Below, in pieces: positions 27,499-40,387 of a DNA stretch of 64,000 nucleotides. This DNA comes from Octopus vulgaris (Eukaryota), in NCBI GenBank assembly GCA_951406725.2, contig OX597820.1, forward strand, positions 118,978,001-119,042,000, in the 5' to 3' direction. Numbering within the stretch: position 1 is the first letter of the stretch; every line of letters starts with the position of its first letter. The notes below the pieces were generated by a model. It had not been told where the DNA came from. It did no database searches and saw nothing but the letters and a program-made list of their open reading frames with translations. The position numbers and the translations under genes are program-made.

Positions 27499-27685
27499 TA
27501 CGAGCACAAAAAAAATAGAATCCCGAGGACAAAAATGTCAGAGAACGTCTTCATGGGGGTAAATGTACCACAGATGGAAACGGATCCCATTAGTCTTGGC
27601 TGACAACCCACTTAGAGATGGCCTCGAGATGAAAAACACTGGTGGTTGTAACGCCTAGCCAACACAGCTTTCTTAATGAGTGTAA

Positions 27686-28081
27686 TCTTTGTATATAAAA
27701 GTCAAGTTGTGTGTCTGTCTGCTACGATTTAGATTCCTAACTACTCCCACATTTTGCGGTGCAGTTTAACCAAAACCGGGTATCTTATAGTCGTGATTCA
27801 TATCGAGCTCTTCTGGGTATTAGCGCGCGTCTACGATGAGTCTACGATTTTAAAAAAAAATTACCATCACTTTTTCCATTTTAATGCATTTTTCGCTATT
27901 ATATAAGGGAAGTAACTCTCTAAAAATGTCTATGATGAGTCAACGATTTAAAAAAAAACTTACCATCATTATTTTTCCATTTTTAATGCATTTTTTTGCT
28001 ATTTTTTGGCAATAACTCTCTAAAAAGGCTTATATAGTTATTTCCCTTACAAACCCGAGCAACGCCGGGCGATACTGCTAG
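27686..28081 (+). mobile_element. Non-autonomous Helitron
   Basis: 5' TC after A (27685), 3' CTAG followed by T (28082), subterminal hairpin CCCG-AGCAACGC-CGGG at 28054-28069, no TSD, internal direct duplication of about 100 bp. Confidence 0.9.
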
Positions 28082-28269
28082 TGGGAAATGAAAATCACCA
28101 CAACTGCGTTCGTGGATCCGAAATGAAGGTAACTCACATGGCGAGTGCTCCACTACGCAGTAGGGTCAATATCCAAATACTGCTGTAAGGATTAGGAGGA
28201 AATGAACTCAAAACGACAACAGAACTCTAATGGCACACTATCAGAGAAGCGAACCTACCACAATAGGAT

Positions 28270-28480
28270 ACCTGGAAAAGATGCACAAACTTTTGAAGAC
28301 CTATACAACAATTGTTCGTGTAGTAATTGGTGTACTTGACATAACATCTAAAATACAACCTCAGAGATGTACACTCTACTAGAATCCTAAGGAAGGTTCT
28401 TGAAATTTGCGGAAACCTGTGGTCACCAAATGCGAAGATAAAAAAGCTGCAAGCTCAATTAGAATGTACAATCTAATAAC
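28270..28480 (+). pseudogene. R4/Dong-like LINE 3' end remnant
   Basis: TTIVRVVIGVLDI...TRILRKVLEI resembles the RLE C-terminus (VPVVIGALG...RILRKVL). Confidence 0.55.
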
Positions 28481-28490
28481 ACAGTAGAAA

Positions 28491-28543
<53 letters not shown>

Positions 28544-29080
28544 TTTGTAGTAGTAGTAGTAGTTGTAGTAGTGGTGGTAGTAGTTGTAGTTATAATGATG
28601 ACGGCCGTAATTATTCTATTATTTGTCATCAAGGCCCATAAACCACAAAATTCATGAAATATACGAAATAAATTCAGGTGTTCTGCAGGGACATGTCCTG
28701 CGAAACATGTTCTTCCTATTGTTTATGGATGTTTATTAATGCTTTTTGATAGATTTGCAGTTGGTATCATTCTTTAGCGTCTCCATATAATTGAATCAAG
28801 CAAGTGACCATATTAGTTGATTTTATTACATATATTAATTGTAATACAAAAGAAAAATTACGTCTGATTTTTCCTAGACCAGCCCAGAATATTTTCAGCG
28901 CCGTTTAGACATTGCTAACCCTGTTCCGATGGATTTCTTTGAAGAAGTCTCCTACTTTAGATACGCTTTGGGCTTCAGAAATTAACACCTGATTATATAT
29001 CATGTACATCTGCAGCAAGGTAGGCGGTGAGAGTTGTAAACTCGTTCTTTCATTCAAAATGTTCCTCAAAACCGACAATA

Positions 29081-29486
29081 GGCGCCGGAGTGGCTGTGTG
29101 GTAAGTAGCTTGCTAACCAACCATGTGGTTCCGGGTTCAGTCCCACTGCGTGGCATCTTGGGCAAGTGTCTTCTGCTATAGCCCCGGGCCGACCAATGCC
29201 TTGTGAGTGGATTTGGTAGACGGAAACTGAAAGAAGCCTATCGTATATATGTATATATATATATGTGTGTGTGTGTATATGTCTGTGTTTGTCCCCCTAG
29301 CATTGCTTGACAACCGATGCTGGTGTGTTTACGTTTCCGTCACTTAGCGGTTCAGCAAAAGAGACCGATAAAATAAGTACTGGGCTTACAAAGAATAAGT
29401 CCCGGGGTCGATTTGCTCGACTAAAAGCGGTGCTCCAGCATGGCCGCAGTCAAATGACTGAAACAAGTAAAATAAAGAAAAAAAAA
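29081..29486 (+). mobile_element. SINE family B, full length
   Basis: GGCGCCGGAGTGGCTGTGTGGTAAG...CCGGGTTCAGTCCC head, internal (TA)n(TG)n, tail CAGTCAAATGACTGAAACAAGTAAAA. Confidence 0.93.
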
Positions 29487-29934
29487 TCTCTTTGCGAGTA
29501 GAAGATCCTTCACAAAACAGACTACAGAACTTACATTTGCACGATTTTCTCCAAGTAGTAAAGGCCCACTGTTTAGATAAATGCAGTGATTTAAGAAGTT
29601 GTAATTCACTGAAAGCCCATCGGGAACCTTTAAAATGAACAAGTTTAGGCACATTAGAGCATACAATCCACCGTGTACCTTATTAGTTTCAATTCCTTTT
29701 GCAATAATCCTTGATACTTCTTAAAACACCTTACGATACTCCACAGATACCAACCAGCTTCAGTAAAACACAATCAAAGTTTCTTACACGATCGCAGTAT
29801 TGTTTTCCCCAAACATTGTAAACTCCAAAACCTTACTTCAAGAAAAAAAAAAAAATAAATAAATAATAATAATAACAATAATAATAATAAAGACCAAGAA
29901 TACACGTAATATTGGCCCAACTCTACGCAAGCGC

Positions 29935-30162
29935 AATACGCTCTATCATGAATATTTTATCAAAACACATTGTTTACTAAAGCTGACAATTTATATACTG
30001 AAAACCTATATCGGTATGATATGAAGCAATTTCAAAGAAAGATATTACAGCCATTTCTGCAAATGAGAAAACAATTGAAAGCAACAAACGAATTATTTAA
30101 ACGTCAAAAGTTTTATTGTTGAATTTACTTCTTTGAAAATTAACTGGAAAATTTTGAAATGA
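29935..30162 (+). pseudogene. Penelope-like GIY-YIG endonuclease remnant
   Basis: KTYIGMI*SNFKERYYSHF ... INWKILK resembles the PLE YIG.T...FK.RY..H ... I.WKIL motifs. Confidence 0.65.
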
Positions 30163-30949
30163 CCCAAATTTTAATCGGTCCATGAAAAGTACTTAAGTGT
30201 TATTTGAACTCAGGTCGTAAAATCTGGAAGAAATACCGCTTGGCATTTACTCAGGTGCTTTGAAGATCCGATTAATTCCCTGCAAATTCTCACCTACCGT
30301 TGCTTGCCTAAAGACGATAATGCGTCTACGGCTGAAATGGCTGCTGCTGATTAGTGCGATAATGAGTGATGATTACAATAATGATACTAAAAATGTCAAC
30401 AGACAAATAAAACGATATCAATAATATAACATGCCTTATTTAATCAAGAATTATTGCTCAATTTGCTGAAGAGAAGATAAAGGGAACTAATAAATTACTA
30501 AAAGTGATCAAAAGTTAATCCTGTCCAGTGATAAATGCCACTTAATTAATGTTCAGGTAGAATGTAATTCATCAATGACTTAGAGACATAATCTCTCTTG
30601 TACCGAGTTAGGGAGTTAGAGACGACTAAAATGATCTTAGAACCATAATTGTTATGGATTATCTCACAAATGAATAGGAATAACGGAGCGTATTTACTTT
30701 TGATATGGTGTGTATAGGTGAGAATTGGTATGTCTATGCTAATGCTGTACGTGCTGCGACAGCGTGATTCTCACTTCATTCGTGTTCAGAGTTGGCGCAT
30801 ACAGGTAGTTCTGAATGCATATATGTGACAAGTGCATTTTATGCATTCTAAGCTCTCGTATTAGTGAAGTAATTGTCGTCTGACGTATGTTGAGACCGTA
30901 TTAGGAAGTAACATAATGTATATGTGCCAGCAACTATATAACATTGCTC

Positions 30950-30986
30950 TACCTACCTACCTACCTACCTACCTACCTACCTACCG

Positions 30987-31078
<92 letters not shown>

Positions 31079-31098
31079 CTCTATCTATCTATCTATCG

Positions 31099-31133
<35 letters not shown>

Positions 31134-31186
31134 GATCTATCTATCTATCTAGCTGCCTATCTATCTATCAATCTATCTATCTATCT
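30950..31186. repeat. (CCTA)n/(TCTA)n microsatellite
   Basis: Direct inspection. Confidence 0.95.
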
Positions 31187-31197
31187 AATTGCAAAAA

Positions 31198-31235
31198 CTG
31201 TCCGATGAACGGCAACGGGAAACTCAGAGTAACAG
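31198..31235 (+). ncRNA. Type I hammerhead-like motif (CCGAUGA core) in a 31190-31339 element
   Basis: CTGT-CCGATGA-ACG-GCAA-CGG-GAAA-CTC-A-GAG-TA-ACAG; stems I and III pair, stem II is short; flanked by (TCTA)n and TA/TG repeats. Confidence 0.65.
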
Positions 31236-31699
31236 GTTTTGTTGAATTTTCTGCTGCTTTAAATAAAGCATATTACTCTACCACTGGTATTTGAGTACTC
31301 TTTTTTCCACCTTGTTTCACATTTATGTGTTTACTCCGGTATACATATATATATATATATATATATGTGTGTGTATGTGTGTGTGTGTGTGTGTATATAT
31401 GTATATATGTATGTATATATATATATGTGTGTGTGTGTGTATGTGTGTGTATATATGTATATATGTATGTATGTATATATATATGTGTGTTTGTGTGTGT
31501 ATGTGTGTGTATATATGTATATATGTATGTATATATATATATATATGTGTGTGTGTATGTGTGTGTATATATGTATATATGTATGTATATATAAATATAT
31601 GTATGTGTGTGTGTATATATATGAGAGATGATAGCCGTCCCATCAACACGCAACACACCTCTTCACAGCATAATCAATCCGTTGATGAGCCCTTAGATG

Positions 31700-33450
31700 A
31701 CTTTTAAGACCAGCTGCTGACTGACAGGGTTTCAAACACAAGTGACAGATATTCAACTTTCTTCTATATCTTTGCCCTTAGGAATCTGTCTTTTAAGTTC
31801 AGATATTGACTTAGAAGTTTTGTGACATGTGGCACAAGTCGTAAGCGGAGGTTGGTGTCCAAGATCATTACCTATCTGGGTATTATGTTTTTCATGTGAC
31901 TTCATATGGTCCATGTATCCTGCTTTTGACAACAGAACACGATCACACATATCTAATGTTCACTGTTGATTACAGTTCCAATTGTTCCATTGTGACAGAC
32001 CCTTTTAAGTCCAGAGTGCTGTATCATCTTTTCCTCCCAGGCTCTGCAACCAGTCCTAACAGCACTTCTCCACCTGTTCCGATCTAGAACATCATTTTCC
32101 CAATCATTTTTGTTCATATCTAGTTTCTTCAGGTTTTCTTTCACACAGTCTTTATACCTTTTCCTCAGCTTATGTTGTGGTTGCTTACCAGAGTTGAGCC
32201 CATCATAAAAAAAAAACGCTTTGGCAAACAGTCGTCTTTCATTCTAAGAACATATTCAGTCTGTTTCATTTGAGTTAAGATAACATCAATTGAGCTGCAA
32301 CGTGCCGTACGTAAAATTTCTGTATCTGGTATGAATCATTCCCCCTTGACTCCTAAGTTTGAGGCACTTTTGATGAAAGCCCTCAATTTTATATGACGCT
32401 TGTAAGTGGTCCATGCATCACTCGAATAAAGAAGTGCTGACAATACACACGCTTTATAGACACTGATTTTTGTCTGCAGGGAAATACCTCTATTCAGCCA
32501 TACTCGCTCTTCGAGCTTTTCGAAAACAACACTTCCCTTCCTTATTCGAATATCTCTACATTAAGATATGTATATCTCTACATCAATACTACAATCGCTT
32601 GACAGGTGTCAACGACGTCTAACCTTGTTCCATTCACAAAAGTTGCTGATTCAGAATATGTTTGTCCTAGCACGGGAGTAAACATTACTTTGGTTTTCCC
32701 CAAACTAATTGTGGGTGCGAAATGTACCCATGCAGTGAGAAATCTGCCCGTTAAATGTTGCATATTCTCCTCTGAGTGTGCCAACAAATCATCGTCATCT
32801 GCATAAATTAATTCTCTTACAAGTGTTTTGATAGTTTTTGCTTTGCAGTTAAACCTCATCAAATTAGAAATGCAACGAGATGTCCGAAATCTGGTTCCGA
32901 TTCCCCTGTTGCAATCCTTGAAAGCATATCAAAGCAATGCAGCAAAATAAATAGAGAAAATGTAGGGGCAGAAATATCTCCCTGTTTGTCACCTTTGTCC
33001 ACCGAAAATTCATCAGATAGCTCACCATTAAAGTCTATTTGTGCTTTCATCTTTCTGTGTAGTTCCTTAAAAATGCACACAAAATGTGTTGGACAACTAA
33101 ATTTACATAAAACAATCCAGAGTGCCTCCATGTTTACTGTGTCAAATGCCTTAGTTAAATCTATGAAGACCTCGTATAGTGGCATTTGTTCATCTGAGTA
33201 TTTCACTTGAAACTACCTGCCAGAAAATATCATGTCCTTTGTTCCTTACTTAAGTCTCAAACCACACTGTTCTTCAGAAATCATATGTGGACATACATTC
33301 TCAACGAGATCATCTAACATGACCCTTGAAAGTATCTTCCCGGTATGTGCCAGGAGAGTTACCCCTCTAGAATTACCATACACCGCTTTTGGGCCCTTAC
33401 CCTTGTATACAGAGATTAGAATGTCATTTATCCCACTCTTGTGGCACAAA
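31700..33450 (-). pseudogene. Degenerate RTE LINE (RT domain to C-terminal zinc fingers)
   Basis: GNSRGVTLL..GKILSRV, EEQCG, VFIDLTKAFDTV, GDKQGDISAPTFS, ELIYADD, W...LDRNRWRSAV, two C2H2-like fingers; multiple frameshifts. Confidence 0.9.
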
Positions 33451-33515
33451 AGATACTCGAGTTATCAGGTCCAAACTCGAGTTATCAGGTTATGAATTTC
33501 AGATGAATTATGATT

Positions 33516-34020
33516 CCCCACCTACGACGGCACCGGCTCCGAATGGGCCTGGAACCCCCTCTGAGAAGTCCTGATCGAGGGGACTCCGAGCCTAGCCGAC
33601 AGAAACTATCGGCCGTGTACGACCATTATTTCTTTACTACCCACAAGGGGCTAAACACAGAGAGGACAAACAAGCACAGACAAACGGATTAAGTCGATTA
33701 TATCGACTCCAGTACGTAACTGGTACTTATTTAATCGACCCCAACAGGATGAAAGGTAAAGTAGACCTCGGCGGAATTTGAACTCAGAACGTAATGGCAG
33801 ACGAAATACCGCAAAGCATTTCGCCCGGCACGCTAACGTTTCTGCCAGCTCGCCTTGTACGACCCTTGCGACATAGCTCTCGACGACCGTCGCAGCCGAC
33901 GAGATTCAGCGTTGGGCTTCTCTCGGTTCACTCGCCGTTACTTAGGGAATCGCGGTTGGTTTCATTTCTTTCGCTGAGCGATATGCTTAAGTTCAGCAAG
34001 TAGTCTCGTCCGAGTCGAGG
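33516..34020 (-). pseudogene. Orphan 28S rRNA 5'-end fragment interrupted by a SINE
   Basis: Minus strand CTTGCTGAACTTAAGCATATC...GAAACCAACCGCGATTCCCTAAGTAACGGCGAGTGAAC matches the conserved LSU 5' end; D1-like sequence continues at 33516-33624. Confidence 0.85.
33625..33855 (-). mobile_element. SINE family A with 9-bp TSD inside the rDNA fragment
   Basis: TSD TGTACGACC at 33616-33624 and 33856-33864. Confidence 0.92.
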
Positions 34021-34290
34021 GCACCGTGCGTTATATTATTCGTGAGATGGCACCTGCTGCTGCCGCCGCCTCAGCTCCGTCGGCAAGCGCGAGCGCTCGC
34101 AACGAGATCCACTGAGCGAACGACGATCGACGACCGACGGCGGCTGCGGCAGTGGTCACGGAAGAGGAGGTGACGAAGGCGGCGAAAGGCGGGTAGGCGA
34201 GCAGGCGGGTAGTAGGAGACGAGCAAACGGCGGGCGCGAACAAGCTCAGCTCAGCTTAGGTTAGCTTAGCTAAGCGCACATGTCACCATC
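34021..34290 (-). other. GC-rich probable ITS2 remnant
   Basis: Abruptly GC-rich and directly 5' of the 28S start on the minus strand. Confidence 0.6.
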
Positions 34291-34633
34291 CATCAAAAAT
34301 ACGAAAGAATACCCGACAAAAATGTTCTGAGGTCATTTCTTCTTTTCTTCGTACAAGGAACGTAAGAAGATTTTGCCAGAACAGGACAAAATCCCTTTTA
34401 TGCTTCCTTTAAAATAAATTAGATATAAAGTATCAAAATAAACAGATGTATAAAAACCAGAATACAAAATATATATCTTAGACACAAAAAATGAGAAAAG
34501 GTGATATATTAAGGTGTTATAAACTTGAAATCTACTAGAATAAAACTTGCTATGTGTATGAATGTATGTATAATAGGAGAATTTTAATGGAGGTAAAGCT
34601 CCACTATATGGTACAACTGTTTTTTCGCCCATA

Positions 34634-34983
34634 TACTCTTTACTCTTTACTCTTTTACTTGTTTCAGTCATTTGACTGCAGCCATGCTGGAGCACCGCCT
34701 TAGGTTAGCCCAGTACTTATTCTATCGGTCTCTTTTGCCGAACCGCTAAGTAACGGGGACGTAAACACACCAGCATCGGTTGTCAAGCAATGCTAAGGAG
34801 GACAAACACACACACACACACACACATATATATGTATATACATATATACGACAGGCTTCTTTCAGTTTCCGTCTACCAAATCCACTCACAAGGCATTGGT
34901 CGGCCCGGGGCTATGGAAGACACTTGCCCAAGATGCCACGCAGTGGGACTGAACCCGGAACCATGTGGTTGGTAATCAAGCTA
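34634..34983 (-). mobile_element. SINE family B
   Basis: Family B body with a small internal deletion. Confidence 0.88.
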
Positions 34984-35128
34984 TCCACATATTTCTATTA
35001 AGAGTTTCAGGATAAGAATATAGAAATAAAAACATAAAATTGATATGTAACAACCTAAACATAAAACCTAAAAGATATAAAGGGTATCATGAAGCTAGAA
35101 AATAAATTAAAACAGGCGTTTGAAAGTA

Positions 35129-35970
35129 TTAGGTTGTTAAGAAGGTCCTTGCGGCTTTTAACCTTTACATTCAGATGCACATATCTCGGCTCAAACAAAA
35201 TTTTATTAATCGAAATAAACACCATCAGAATGAACACACTTTTGCCAACGCTAAACAATTTCATCTATACCAGTAGCGTAAAATCCTTCGTTTTGGTGGC
35301 GATGAAGTCGTTGAAGGCGTGTTTGGCATCGCCTTGGTTTTTGAAGCATTTCTCACGCAGGATGTTGTTGAGATGCTTGAAAAAGTGGTGGTCGGTAGGC
35401 GAGAGGTCTGGTGAGTATTGCGGATGAGACAGAGTTTCGTAGCCCAATTCGTTCAACTTCTGCAGGGTCAATTGTGCGACGTGCAGCCGAGCATTGTCAT
35501 GGAGAAGAATTGGTCCTTTTCTATTGACCAATGATGGCTGTTGTTGTCGGAGTTTCTTATGCATTTTATCCATTTGCTTACTGTACTTCTCCGTCGTAAT
35601 GGCTTCGCCTGAATCTAAAAGGCTGTGATGGATGAGACCAGCGGCAGACCACTTAACAGTGACCATGACCTTCTTTTGGTGCAACTTTGGCTTCGGGAAG
35701 TACCGTGGAGCTTTGTCGGCGTCCCATCACTGAGATTAGCGTCGCCGGTTGTCGTAAAGAATCTACTTTTCACCGCAAGTCACAGCCCGTTCTTGTTGCA
35801 TAAAAGAAGAGAAGACGACACTTCAGAACGGAGGTTTTTCTTTTTAGGGTGTCGTTCAATTCGTGCGGACCCCATTTCTCAAGTACTTTTGTTTTTCCAA
35901 TCTCTTTCAAGTGGTTGGAAATTGTTGTATGCGTTACGTCTAATTCAGAAGCAAGCTCCCGAGCAGTTGT
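35129..35970 (-). mobile_element. Mariner (DD34D, Hsmar1/cecropia-like) transposon fossil with 3' TIR
   Basis: HQKKVMVTV.WSAAGLIH...KGPILLHDNAR.H...YSPDLSPTD.HFFKHL; upstream WV..EL-like region; TIR-like TTAGGTTGTTAAGAAGGTCCTTGCGGCTTTT at 35129 after TA. Confidence 0.9.
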
Positions 35971-36109
35971 GCCCGGCAGCTACTAGGAGCTATATGTTCG
36001 AGCTGAGGCTGATGTAGAGACCAAGGTAGTCAGACCAACTGCGGAAGGCGAGGCGTCTGTCTTCCTACAAAGGTACTATCCCTCCATCAGCCCCACAATC
36101 TATGATAGA

Positions 36110-36291
36110 TCGTTAGCCACTACACACATTTTTTCTCTCCTTTTTTCTCTCCTTGTTTTTTTTCTGTGTCTCTTTCTGTAGGAGAGTGTAGGCTCGAAAC
36201 GTAAAAGACTTTCTCTATTCCTGAGCGTTATACTTATACATGTTTGTTTTGTACACCATCTGTCTTCGTCTTTGTTTTTTTCGTAAACTCT

Positions 36292-36294
<3 letters not shown>
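36110..36294 (+). mobile_element. Hammerhead-like mini-element family H1
   Basis: 36171-36208 TCTTT-CTGTAGG-A-GAGT-GTAG-GCTC-GAAA-CG-TA-AAAGA; abuts (TA)n. Confidence 0.75.
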
Positions 36295-36368
<74 letters not shown>

Positions 36369-36399
36369 TATGTATGTATATATATATACATATATATAC

Positions 36400-36459
<60 letters not shown>

Positions 36460-37044
36460 ATATATATACATATATATATGTATGTATATATATATACATA
36501 TATATACATACACACACACATATATATATGTATATACACATTCATATATAAATATGCATACATCCATACACACACACACACACATATATATATGTATGTG
36601 TGTGCATGTATATATTTATTTATATATAATTATTTCTAACTCACTCTCTATATATGTACATTGCATGCAAATCACACACAGACATGTGTGTTTATGCATA
36701 TACACCCCACATTGGCCAGCGCGCATTCTTTTCATATTCGTTTTTCTACATGTTGTTTTACACCTATTATGTTTTTGCTCGGGTCAAACACTGGAGTTTA
36801 AAGGTCAAGGTCTGACGATGTGAACCTTCCGTGCCCTCCCCCACACACCCCGTTCACGAGCGCACATTTTTCCCCCATATTTTTTTACAGCAAGTTGTTT
36901 TACACCTATTAGACCATTTTTTGTTTTTGTTTTTGACCTGTGGTGAAATAACACGGAACATTCGCGACGTGAGCTTTCCGAGTCCCCTCCTCCACCATTT
37001 AGTTTGACCAAAGACACATGTATGTAAGTGTCTCACCCATCTCT

Positions 37045-37096
<52 letters not shown>

Positions 37097-37244
37097 GTGT
37101 GTGTGTGTATTTGCATGCATGAATGGATAGGTGTTTATCTCCAAATATGTATATTTGTTTTGAGGTATTTGCTTCTCTCTGCCGATTTGCTTCTACATTC
37201 TACATATTCAATCAGACATTCACAAATACGCACACTCATTCCAC

Positions 37245-37374
<130 letters not shown>

Positions 37375-37619
37375 TATGCTCATATATATATATATATGTA
37401 TTCATGCATTTGCATGTGCATACGATTGTATGCATGTGTTTTTGCACTCTGGGTGAATGTTTGTTTTTGCTGCACTTTTGAGAGCGGAATGTACTTGTAT
37501 CATTATAAACAGACAAACGTTTGCAAATTGAAATGGCAGTTACACAATAGAATTCAGACATATTTATTTGTCAATTGACGCTAAATTATCTGGCTTCTCA
37601 TTGTAGTTCTTGTGGATGC

Positions 37620-37805
37620 TCTTGTTGTTGCATTTGTTGTTGTTTTTCTTGTTGTTGTTGTTCTTGTTCTTGTTGTCATTGTTGTTGTTGTCTGTCCTCT
37701 TCTTCTTCTTTTTCTTCTTCTTCTTCTTCTTCTTCTTCTTCTTCTTCTTTTTTTTCTTCTTCTTCTTCTTCTTCTTCTTCTTCTTCTTCTTCTTTTTTCT
37801 TTTTC

Positions 37806-37837
<32 letters not shown>

Positions 37838-38256
37838 CTTCTTCTTCTTCCACTTCTTCTTCTTCTTCCACTTCTTCTTCTTCTTCTCCTTCTTCTTCTC
37901 CTCCTCCTTCTTCTTCTTCTTCTTCTTCTTCTTCTTCTTTTTCTTCTTCTTCATTTTTTTTCTGCTTCTTCTTCTTCTTCTTCTTCTTCTTCTTCTTCTT
38001 CTTCTTCTTCTTCTTCTTCTTCTTCTTCTTCTTCTTCTTCTTCTTCTTCTTCGTCTTCTTCTTCTCCTTCTTCTTCTTCTTCTTCTTCTTCTTCTTCTTC
38101 TTCTTCTTCTTCTTCTTCTTCTTCTCCTCCTTCTTCTCCTTCTTCTTCCACTTCTTTTTCATCATCTTCTTCTTCTGTTCTTCTTCTTCTTCTTCTTCTT
38201 CTTCTTCTTCTTCTTCTTCTTCTTCTTCTTCTTCTTCTTCTTCTTCTTCTTCTTCA
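37620..38256. repeat. (TTG)n then long (TTC)n polypyrimidine tract
   Basis: Direct inspection. Confidence 0.97.
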
Positions 38257-38574
38257 GGTTAAAGTCATTAAATTTTCTCTCGCACCTTGTCATCATGGTA
38301 GAATAGACGTAAGAAAGACCGAAGCGTTGAGGCTTTCATTTATTCACTGGGGTGGAATTGAGAAAATGGCATCATCCCAAATGGGCTGCGCTCGGTTCGC
38401 CTTAGGATTCAAAACACCATAAAAAATAAACAGCCTTCCATTTTTTCAGGCTGGTTTAACCAGTTAAATTTACAATCCATCAGGAAAAAAAAACCAAGGA
38501 AACTCCTGTATAATTATAAACCTTTCTTTCTGGAGTCCGTTATGTCAAACACGTTCATAAGAGAGAAAGTGGAC

Positions 38575-39420
38575 ATACATAAATACATAAGTACATAGAC
38601 GCATACATACATACATACATACATACATACATACATACATACATACATACATACATACATACATACATACATACATTCATACATACATTCATACATTCAT
38701 ACATTCATATATACATACATACATGCATACATACATACATGCATACATACATATATACATACATTCATACATACATACATACATACATACATACATTCAT
38801 TCATACATACATACATTCATACATACATTCATACATACATACATTCATACAAACATACATACATACATTCATACATTCATATATACATACATACATGCAT
38901 ACATACATACATACATACATACTTACATACATACATACATACATTCATACATACATGCATACATACATACATACATACATACATACATACATACATACAT
39001 ACATACATACATACATACATACATACATACATTCATACATACATACATACATACATACATACATACATACATACATACATACATACATACATACATACAT
39101 ACATTCATACATACATGCATACATACATACATACATACATACGTACATTCATACATACATACATACATACATACATACATACATACATACATACATACAT
39201 ACATACATACATACATACATACATACATACATACATACATACATACATACATACATACATTCATACATACATGCATACATACATACATACATACATACAT
39301 TCATACATACATACATACATACATACATACATTCATACATACATACATACATACATGCATACTTACATCAAATGCATTCACATGTACATTCATACATGCA
39401 TATATACATATGTACATACA
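38575..39420. repeat. (CATA)n microsatellite, about 850 bp
   Basis: Direct inspection. Confidence 0.97.
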
Positions 39421-40091
39421 TTGATATATTTGTATCTCTCTTTCCCTGTCTCTCTGTCTGTCTGCCTGTCTGTCTACCGGTCTGTCTGTTGTTCTGGATT
39501 TCCATTTTGCTTTCTGTGTTAATACATACATACAGAAACATATACACATATAGATACACACACACACACTCATACACACAGACATGTACACATGCACACA
39601 AACACACACACACAAGCACATACATTCACACACACATTGTGTTGGTATGTGTAACGTATACACATGAAAATACGTGTTTAGCCATGGTTGCGGTAGCGAA
39701 GCGGTAAAGTTGGTGCTTCTCTGGCATAATTTTATATTTTACTGATTTATTTCATTGTTACCAATTCGAATTTCATTGTTCTTAAATTTCGGGTTCATAA
39801 ATAATTATATCAATTGGCGTTAGATTAAAACTTACAGGAACCGTTTATGATGTATCTTCGAAAAATTTCGCTGAGAGAGAGAAGAGGGACAAAGAAGAAC
39901 AGAGTGAGAGGAGAGAAAGGGAGAGAGCAGTTTTAGAAATATTGGATCGTTATTATTATAAACAGCAAATGTATTTATGGACATGTAGAAAATAATTTCG
40001 TACTGGCAGTGCGGTTAGAACCCTTAAATTACAAAAGCTTAGTCATTACCCACTTTTACATTATTTCACAATAATAATAATAATAATAATC

Positions 40092-40262
40092 ATCCTTTTT
40101 CTTAAGGGCACGAAGCCAGAAATATTGGGGAAGGGCACTGGTCGATTACATCGACCCCAGTGATCAAATGGTACTTGTTTCGTCTAGCCTGAAAGTATGA
40201 AAGGCGAAGCTGACCACGACAGAATTTGAACTTAGAACGTAAAGACGGACGAGATGGTGCTA
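40092..40262 (-). mobile_element. SINE family A variant (old)
   Basis: GTCGATTACATCGACCCCAG...GAAAGTATGAAAGGC...GAATTTGAACT. Confidence 0.7.
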
Positions 40263-40342
40263 ATCATAATTACACACACACACACGCGCACACACACACA
40301 CACGCGCACACACACACTCATACACACACACACACATACACA

Positions 40343-40385
<43 letters not shown>

Positions 40386-40387
<2 letters not shown>

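Noticed and set aside
33865-34020. Functional rRNA locus
   Set aside because: Only a short 28S 5' piece split by a SINE; no recognisable 5.8S or 18S and no remainder of 28S.
37575-38422. Poly-Ser/Leu/Phe/Lys/Glu ORFs
   Set aside because: Artefact of the (TTC)n microsatellite.
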